Below are positions 57,352 through 64,000 of a stretch of 64,000 bases of DNA, in pieces. The translations under genes and the position numbers were made by a program. Source of the DNA: Infirmifilum sp. (lineage in GTDB: Archaea; Thermoproteota; Thermoprotei; Thermofilales; Thermofilaceae); contig JBEULP010000117.1 in assembly GCA_041287245.1 (NCBI GenBank), positions 64,001 through 128,000 on the forward strand. Reading direction: 5' to 3'. Within the stretch, counting starts at the first letter, position 1. Every line of letters begins with the position of its first letter. Under the pieces are notes generated by a model. The model was not told the origin of the DNA. It did no database searches and saw only the letters and a list, made by a program, of their open reading frames with translations.

Positions 57352-58790
57352 GGTGGATGAGTTCAGGAGGAGGCTTTGCTGGAGCGCTGAAAAGTGTTTT
57401 TAAGGATCTACTTACGTATAAGTCAGGTTTGATAGGTATTATACTTCTATTCTTACTTATCGTGTTGTCCATCTATACCGTCATCACGATTCCCATGGAC
57501 AAAGCAATTGCAATGTGGAGGGGCCAGGAACAAATGTGGATCGAGAATCCGAGGGTTGTCCCCCCCGAATGGATTCAGATATTTGTAGGCAAGAACCTTC
57601 CGAAGACTATGAAGTTCGACTCGCGGGAGATAGGATTGAATGTAGCTAAGTCGTCAGCCCCCATCTATGGTACCAATATGAAGAAGATTCACATAGAATT
57701 TACCTTCGACTTCAATTACGATGACTTCCCATCCGAGCTTAACATCTTCTTTTCGAGTAATTTTTCTAGGCAGGAGGGGGCGCCCATCATAAGCATTACC
57801 TGGGTTAAGCCTGACGGAGAGCAAATTAACCTAGGAGAGTACTATATGAGTGATAACAAATACAACTTGTATTTTGTGTCTGACTCTATCACACGTGCCT
57901 TTGTCTCGTATGTTCGACAGAAATACGGTGTCGACCCTAGTGATCTTATAACAAATATGCAGTATCTTTTTGGCAAGTTTACAAAGGAGTCTCTCCAGAC
58001 AGGTAAGATGGATGTCGAGAAGGGTACGTATAAAGTCATTATTGATGCTACTGTTTTCGGGCAGAATACCGATCTCAACTGCAGAATGATTGTCTATGGA
58101 GATGTATATGGAATAGCTGGTACTGACCACTTGAGAAGGCCTCTTGAGATCGCCCTTATGTGGGGTGCTCCCATCGCCCTAGCCTTCGGCTTAACAGCCT
58201 CTCTCATAACAACGTTCACTGAAATGATTATTGCAGCTATAAGTGGTTTTTACGGGGGTATTCTTGATAACATTATTCAAAGAATCACCGAAGTCTATAT
58301 GGTGCTACCATTCCTACCTTTCCTCGTATTGATATCTGTCTTCTATGGGTTAAATATCTGGACCCTTCTCGCCATTGTAATCGTTTTGAGTATATTTGGT
58401 CCAGGGATTAAGTCGACAAGGGCACTTGTTATGCAGATAAAAGAGTACCCCTATATCGAGGCAGCCAGGACCTACGGTGCCTCAGATTTAAGGATAATAG
58501 TTCTCTATATTATCCCGAAAATCTTGCCACCTGTTGTCCCCGGCTTAATATCAGCCGTACCTGGCTATGTTTTCCTGGAGGCGGCTCTAGCTATACTTGG
58601 GCTCGGCGACCCCTCGCTCCCGACTTGGGGCAAGGTGATAAACGATGCTTTTGAACAGGGGGCGCTCTACAAGGGCTATTACTACTGGGTCTTGGAACCT
58701 TCAGCCTTCCTCATGTTTACAGGGCTTGCCTTCGCGTTGCTAGGCTTTGCTCTTGACCGTATAGTTAATCCAAGGTTGCGAGAAATGTGA
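57348..58790 (+). CDS. oppC: Peptide ABC permease (OppC-like) with large extracellular insert
   Basis: GTDHLRR, YIEAARTYG, LGLGDP..PTWG, NPRL. Confidence 0.9.
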   Translation: MRWMSSGGGFAGALKSVFKDLLTYKSGLIGIILLFLLIVLSIYTVITIPMDKAIAMWRGQEQMWIENPRVVPPEWIQIFVGKNLPKTMKFDSREIGLNVAKSSAPIYGTNMKKIHIEFTFDFNYDDFPSELNIFFSSNFSRQEGAPIISITWVKPDGEQINLGEYYMSDNKYNLYFVSDSITRAFVSYVRQKYGVDPSDLITNMQYLFGKFTKESLQTGKMDVEKGTYKVIIDATVFGQNTDLNCRMIVYGDVYGIAGTDHLRRPLEIALMWGAPIALAFGLTASLITTFTEMIIAAISGFYGGILDNIIQRITEVYMVLPFLPFLVLISVFYGLNIWTLLAIVIVLSIFGPGIKSTRALVMQIKEYPYIEAARTYGASDLRIIVLYIIPKILPPVVPGLISAVPGYVFLEAALAILGLGDPSLPTWGKVINDAFEQGALYKGYYYWVLEPSAFLMFTGLAFALLGFALDRIVNPRLREM

Positions 58791-58805
58791 TGAGGTGGAG
58801 GGTGA

Positions 58806-59777
58806 ATGAGTGAGACGGTCTTAAACGTTAAAGATCTATACCTTTACTATAGGACTAGTAAGGGTGTTGTTAAAGCTGTTGATGGCGTAAGCTTTACCCT
58901 ACGCCGAGGAGAAACTCTGGCTATTGTCGGCGAGTCTGGTTGCGGTAAGACGTCCCTTGCCAGGGCTATTATACGCCTGCTTCCACGGAACGTAGAGAGA
59001 TTCGAGGGTACTGTAAACCTGAATGGGAATGACGTTATGCGGATGAGCGAGGAGGAGTTCAGGAGGAACGTTAGGTGGCAGAAAATATCTTATGTGTTCC
59101 AGGGTTCTCAAAACGCTTTAAACCCTGTCCTCAAGGTTGGCTTCCAGATTGCAGAGCCACTTATGGTTCACAAAGGTTTGAGCAAGGTTGAAGCCTTGGC
59201 AGAAGCTAAAAAGTATCTAAGGCTTGTCGGGATTCACGAAAGCTTTCTAGACAGATACCCATTCGAGCTGAGCGGGGGTATGAGGCAAAGGGCTGTAATA
59301 GCTATGGCACTCGTAACAAACCCAGATATAGTTATTCTCGACGAGCCCACCTCGGCTCTTGACGTTATAACGCAGGCTAACATAATGAATTTATTAAAAA
59401 GGATAAAACAGGAGATGGGTATAAGCTTTATTTTTATTACCCATGACGTACCTCTAACCAGCGAACTTGCAGATAAGGTCGCCGTGATGTATGCGGGACA
59501 GATTGTTGAGTTATCGGACGCAGAAGAGTTTTACTCTTCTCCCAAACACCCCTACAGTGAGAAGCTCATGGCTAGTGTCCCGACTCTCCGCACAGATAAG
59601 AAATTAGAGTTTATTCCAGGTACGCCCCCCAGCCTCATAACCCCACCGCCCGGCTGTCGTTTCCACCCAAGATGCCCATTTGCGTATGATCGGTGTCTCA
59701 AGGAGGATCCACCCGCCTACCAGACGGGTAAAGACTCATTTGTTAAATGTTGGCTTGTGTACGAGGGGAGGAGGTGA
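58806..59777 (+). CDS. oppD: Peptide ABC ATPase (OppD-like)
   Basis: [32 protein letters not shown]. Confidence 0.93.
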   Translation: MSETVLNVKDLYLYYRTSKGVVKAVDGVSFTLRRGETLAIVGESGCGKTSLARAIIRLLPRNVERFEGTVNLNGNDVMRMSEEEFRRNVRWQKISYVFQGSQNALNPVLKVGFQIAEPLMVHKGLSKVEALAEAKKYLRLVGIHESFLDRYPFELSGGMRQRAVIAMALVTNPDIVILDEPTSALDVITQANIMNLLKRIKQEMGISFIFITHDVPLTSELADKVAVMYAGQIVELSDAEEFYSSPKHPYSEKLMASVPTLRTDKKLEFIPGTPPSLITPPPGCRFHPRCPFAYDRCLKEDPPAYQTGKDSFVKCWLVYEGRR

Positions 59778-59782
59778 GGCGC

Positions 59783-60772
59783 ATGAGCGAAGATAAGGTG
59801 TTGTTAAAAGCGGAAGACCTTAGGATGTGGTTTGAAGTGAGACGAGGGCTTTTCGCTGAACCTATACCTCTGCGAGCGGTGGACGGCGTTACCTTTGACC
59901 TTGAGGTTGCGGAGGCTGTATCTGTTGTCGGCGAGTCGGGTAGTGGTAAAACGACTCTGGGCAAAACAATTCTAAGATTATATAAGCCTACCGGAGGAAA
60001 GTTGTTGTATAAGGGTAAGGACATCACAAGCTTGGAAGAGAAAGAGCTGATGTGGTATAAGCGTGAGACAGGGCTTGTTCAGCAGGATCCGTATGGTGCG
60101 ATGCCTTCTTTCATGACAATCTCCAGGATCCTTGAAGAACCACTCATCATACACAAGGTAGGTACAAAGGAGGAGAGGCTCGAAACTGTCTTTAAGGCTC
60201 TTGAAGAGGTCAGGTTAACGCCTGTCGAGGATTTCGCATTCAAGTATCCTCATATGCTCAGCGGTGGACAGCTGCAGAGGGTGGCTATAGCCAGGGCCTT
60301 GATCCTGAGACCTAGCCTTGTAATCGCCGACGAGCCAGTGTCGATGTTGGACGCGTCTGTTAGGATAGAGATATTAACCTTGATGCGGGAGCTGCAAGAG
60401 AAGAGAAAAATCAGCTTCATCTATATAACTCATGACTTGTCCACGACCAGGTACTTCAGCGAGAAGATATTCATAATGTATGCGGGACACTTGATCGAGC
60501 GTGGACCTACAAGATCCGTCCTCCGAAACCCGCTTCACCCGTACACGAGGGCCTTACTGGCTGCGATTCCGGATCCAGATCCAGCAAACAGGAAGCGTTT
60601 CCGAGAGGTACCTGCTGGCGAGCCTCCAAGTCTAATTAATCCTCCACCGGGGTGTAGATTCGCACCACGATGCCCATTTGCGACTGAGAAGTGTAGACAG
60701 GAGGAGCCACCGGAGATTGAGGTTGAACCTGGACACTTCGTGAAGTGCTGGCTCTACACAGGCACAGCTTAG
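59783..60772 (+). CDS. oppF: Peptide ABC ATPase (OppF-like)
   Basis: GESGSGKT, LSGGQLQR, DEPVSMLD, GCRFAPRC; ATG 59783 after GGAGGTGA. Confidence 0.93.
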   Translation: MSEDKVLLKAEDLRMWFEVRRGLFAEPIPLRAVDGVTFDLEVAEAVSVVGESGSGKTTLGKTILRLYKPTGGKLLYKGKDITSLEEKELMWYKRETGLVQQDPYGAMPSFMTISRILEEPLIIHKVGTKEERLETVFKALEEVRLTPVEDFAFKYPHMLSGGQLQRVAIARALILRPSLVIADEPVSMLDASVRIEILTLMRELQEKRKISFIYITHDLSTTRYFSEKIFIMYAGHLIERGPTRSVLRNPLHPYTRALLAAIPDPDPANRKRFREVPAGEPPSLINPPPGCRFAPRCPFATEKCRQEEPPEIEVEPGHFVKCWLYTGTA

Positions 60773-61485
60773 GCGAGGGTTATTCCATATTTTTCATTGA
60801 AGATCTCTATTATTCGTCTACCGTCTCCTAGCATGTCATGGTTGTTGTTAAAGAAAACGTACGCTCTCTCAGGGTTGGTAGCAGCGATTTTTTCCGCTAC
60901 TTCTAGTAGCTCCTCGTCTAGATACCCATAATTATACCAGGTAAGCCTTCCATGCATCCTTACATACACCACTCCGTTAACCTTAACTACCCCGATGGTT
61001 GGCAGTCCTTCGAAGAGCGGCGAGTCAGGGGTAACAAAAAACACCTCGTTTTCCTTAAAGAAATCTATTGCCTCTCTCTCAAACCATGAGATATGCCTTG
61101 GCTCCACAGCTATTTTATCACAAGTCTTGCTGAAAGCCCTAATACGCTCTATAGATTTTTCATTGAACGAGAAATTAGGAGGTAATTGAAACAGATAAAA
61201 GTCTATCTTTTCCTCAAGAGTCCTGAATCTCTCTCTGAACTTGGACCATACAGGTAGTGCCTTCTCGTTAAGTCTTCTAATATGGGTGATGCTCCTATGA
61301 ACCTTTACAACCCAGCGTATGTTTGCGGATTCATCTCTCCACTTCTCAATAACTTCTTCTCGTGGAAAACTGTAGAAACTCATGTTCAACTCTACGGCGT
61401 TGAAGCCAGACTCTAACGCATACCATTTCAGGCCATTTGGGTTCCAGTCGTAGACCCAGCCCGAAGTTCCTACGTATAACTTCAT
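60769..61485 (-). CDS. DUF72 (YecE-like) protein
   Basis: YVGTSGW, FNAVELN.SFY, LFQLPP, AVEPRH.SWF, YVRMHG, YVFFNN. Confidence 0.9.
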   Translation of the reverse strand: MKLYVGTSGWVYDWNPNGLKWYALESGFNAVELNMSFYSFPREEVIEKWRDESANIRWVVKVHRSITHIRRLNEKALPVWSKFRERFRTLEEKIDFYLFQLPPNFSFNEKSIERIRAFSKTCDKIAVEPRHISWFEREAIDFFKENEVFFVTPDSPLFEGLPTIGVVKVNGVVYVRMHGRLTWYNYGYLDEELLEVAEKIAATNPERAYVFFNNNHDMLGDGRRIIEIFNEKYGITLA

Positions 61486-61590
61486 AGTTCTATGATTTTT
61501 GTTCTAGAGGCACATATATACATGCTTCTCTCGCGAGATGAGCATAACAGATAATTAGGTAGTTGAAGAATACATAAGCTGGAATTTGTT

Positions 61591-63306
61591 ATGAGTGGAA
61601 AGAGAGGTCTAGCGCTCCTTTTTGTTATATTGGCTATTACTACTCTAGCTTCTCAGTGTTACGGCCAGCAGTTCTATTTTTACGGGGTTGTCACGGACAC
61701 GCACTCAAACCCCCTTCCAGGGGTAGAAGTTGCTGTTTTCAGCAATAATCTTCTAGTAGCCTCTACAACTACAGATAGTAGTGGTTTATTCAATTTAAGG
61801 ATACCCGCTGGAACCTATATTTTAAGGGCCTACCTCAAAGGATATACCCCAAAGCAGTTCCTACTCGTTGCTAGCCAAGAAAAAGCGGGAAGTCTTGGGA
61901 CAATAATGCTTGAACCAGCGATTAACATGTACACTGAGTCAACCCAGATGGATGTTTACCAGGGAGATTATCTAAACCTGACCATCAAGGTATCTAACAA
62001 AGGGCTAGACCCATTACTTGTTTTCTTCACGATCGAAGCCCCTACATCTTGGAACGTTAACCTTGTTCTCCCCGAGGGGCTACGCGTAAACAATGTTCTT
62101 GTTGAAGCTGGAGCTGAGCGTACACTTTTCTTGAACGTGAGGGTGCCGGTTAACGCCCTGGGAAAAAATACGATACGCGTAACAGCCTCGTGGGTAAATC
62201 TCTCCACCTCTATCAACTATGTCTTCAACGTTTTGCCGAAAAGATGGGATATTATCTCGCTTCCGGCCACAGGTATAAAGGCATATCCTGGAGCACAACT
62301 GCGAATACCATTTCAGCTAATAAACCCTTTTCCCGTTGATGCCGACATAACTATATCTGTAGATTCCCCTCCCGAATGGGTGGCTACAATCCTCGACGTT
62401 AATAGCATTACTGTCTCCCGAATTAGTCTAGTTTCAAAAGCTAGCTCTCAGCTCTTCCTCGTCCTGTACATACCCCCATCAACACGTCCCGGCGCATATA
62501 AGGTTACATTGTTCACAGATATCCTTGGAAGCCGTTACTCAGCGAATCTAGACGTTAACATAGAGAGCCGCTATGACCTCCTCAACTTGACGGCGGGTAT
62601 TACAAGGCTAAACCTAAGTGGTGGTGTTTCTACAGTCGTACCTCTGTTTGTCCGAAACGACGGCAATATGCCTACAATAGCACTAATATCTGTTAACTTT
62701 AACTCTAAAGCTATACGTGCTGTGCTCTCAACCTCAAGCCAGCCCGTATCAACATTTTACCTTCTCCCAGGCGAGTCGAGGCAAGTAAACCTTATCCTAA
62801 ACGCTACCACCTCTGCGGCGCCAGGAGTATACGAAGTTAAGGTTCGGGTTAATGGTACAGTCAGCTACGATGAGAAAACCATACTTGTTAACATTGCAGG
62901 AGTTTATCGCTTTCAAATACTAAATCAGAATTTCATGGTCACTACGCCTCCCGGAAGCGCCTCAGTTTACACGCTTCGAGTAAACAATACAGGCACATAT
63001 GCTTTAACTCTAGCTACAAGGATTTTATCCGCCCCAGAAAACTTTCAAGTCATAGCTAAGCCTGACCAGCTATCTCTTCTCCCCGGAGAGACAGGTGCCT
63101 TCACAATTCAAATTAGTGTTCCCCCCGACACGCCAGAAGGCGTTTATAACGTAGTGGTTAGGATTGAGTCCGGCAGTCTCGCTGAAACCAGGGTGATTAT
63201 AGTCTGGGTACGTACTGAGACAAGCCTAAGTTTTACCTTGATAATGTTTGCTCTCGTAGCCGTAAGCTTCTTCTTAGTTTATTATGGAAAGCGAAGATAT
63301 AGTTAG
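61591..63306 (+). CDS. Surface protein: carboxypeptidase-regulatory-like domain plus NEW3/Ig-like repeats, C-terminal TM
   Basis: GVVTD....PLPGV.V...TTDSSG.F; repeated N.G...P...PG.Y.V units; C-terminal TM with basic tail. Confidence 0.8.
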   Translation: MSGKRGLALLFVILAITTLASQCYGQQFYFYGVVTDTHSNPLPGVEVAVFSNNLLVASTTTDSSGLFNLRIPAGTYILRAYLKGYTPKQFLLVASQEKAGSLGTIMLEPAINMYTESTQMDVYQGDYLNLTIKVSNKGLDPLLVFFTIEAPTSWNVNLVLPEGLRVNNVLVEAGAERTLFLNVRVPVNALGKNTIRVTASWVNLSTSINYVFNVLPKRWDIISLPATGIKAYPGAQLRIPFQLINPFPVDADITISVDSPPEWVATILDVNSITVSRISLVSKASSQLFLVLYIPPSTRPGAYKVTLFTDILGSRYSANLDVNIESRYDLLNLTAGITRLNLSGGVSTVVPLFVRNDGNMPTIALISVNFNSKAIRAVLSTSSQPVSTFYLLPGESRQVNLILNATTSAAPGVYEVKVRVNGTVSYDEKTILVNIAGVYRFQILNQNFMVTTPPGSASVYTLRVNNTGTYALTLATRILSAPENFQVIAKPDQLSLLPGETGAFTIQISVPPDTPEGVYNVVVRIESGSLAETRVIIVWVRTETSLSFTLIMFALVAVSFFLVYYGKRRYS

Positions 63307-63315
63307 GGATCGGGA

Positions 63316-64000
63316 ATGGAGCCCTTTTCCCTAGCTATACTTTACTTTCTCGGTATAGAAACCGCTTTCACTCCATGCTTTCTTCCTATTTTTCCAATCT
63401 TCTTAGGAATTCTCGCCAAGACAAGTAAAGGAAAAGCCCTCTTAACAACGTTGTTTTTCATTATAGGCGTAACGGCAAGTTTTTTAACGTATGGTGTCCT
63501 AGCCGCCTACAGCGGTGAGCTACTAAATAGTCTAATTATAAGCAACCTTTCATCGATTGCCATATCGCTGGGACTTTTCTTAATAAGTATCGGAATTTTC
63601 ATGATTTCTCCTCTCAGGGTTCTATTCTCTCTTATACCCTCCGCACATCTTCGCTTCAAAAGGTCTTCTCCTCTGAATGCTCTTTTATTAGGTTTCACCT
63701 TTTCCCTTGTAGCGGCGCCTTGCGCGGCGACAATACTTGTAGCTGCTTTTTTAACGTTCTGGCTTCAGAGTTTGGGAAGTACAACGAGTTTCGTCCTCAC
63801 AGCCTTATCATATTCCTTAGGGGTAAACACACCTTTCTTCACCCTGGGGATTCTTACTCAGCTCCTAGGGAAGAGCATAGAGGCTAAATTTACACGAAGT
63901 ATTCTAGTAAAATACAACGAGGTTATCTCGGGTCTCACTATAATCGTCCTAGGTGTCTTAACAATAATAAGCGTTAATGGGTATGACTTAATACTTACTA
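63316..64000 (+). CDS. ccdA: CcdA/DsbD-family thiol-disulfide transmembrane electron transporter (3' truncated; not in ORF track)
   Basis: Manual translation MEPFSLAILYFLGIETAFTPCFLPIFP...FSLVAAPCAA; two conserved PC motifs; frame runs off the window. Confidence 0.85.
   Translation, partial: MEPFSLAILYFLGIETAFTPCFLPIFPIFLGILAKTSKGKALLTTLFFIIGVTASFLTYGVLAAYSGELLNSLIISNLSSIAISLGLFLISIGIFMISPLRVLFSLIPSAHLRFKRSSPLNALLLGFTFSLVAAPCAATILVAAFLTFWLQSLGSTTSFVLTALSYSLGVNTPFFTLGILTQLLGKSIEAKFTRSILVKYNEVISGLTIIVLGVLTIISVNGYDLILT

Noticed and set aside
1..64000. Mobile elements, provirus, rRNA or tRNA genes
   Set aside because: No transposase, integrase or capsid ORFs, terminal repeats or stable-RNA signatures seen

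Overview
Gene-dense archaeal chromosome segment, most likely from a Thermofilum-like crenarchaeon. This is inferred from Alba, a single-OB crenarchaeal SSB, a TFS/RpoM paralogue, archaeal FBP aldolase/phosphatase, tungsten AOR and many apparently leaderless genes behind BRE-TATA boxes. About 58 CDSs cover information processing (THUMP, ABCE1, Alba, SSB, TatD, Clp1, Ogt), peptide uptake and fermentation (two Opp/Dpp ABC operons, TldD/PmbA, M42 peptidase, AOR-MoaD-ModE, carbamate kinase, a biotin-dependent carboxyltransferase operon), cell-surface functions and a MoxR/DUF58 cluster. I found no tRNA, rRNA, CRISPR array or transposase. Signals not visible in the ORF track: a textbook C/D-box sRNA (about 12029-12083, minus); a missed 57-aa epsilon/delta-like carboxylase subunit (40377-40550) in an unusual operon with a PxpC-like gene but no biotin carboxylase or Na+-pump subunit; a ModE-box-like palindrome upstream of aor-moaD-modE; two peptide-binding proteins circularly permuted at the same point; and a candidate multi-stem RNA near 14.5 kb. 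All calls come from motif recognition by eye; no database search was run.
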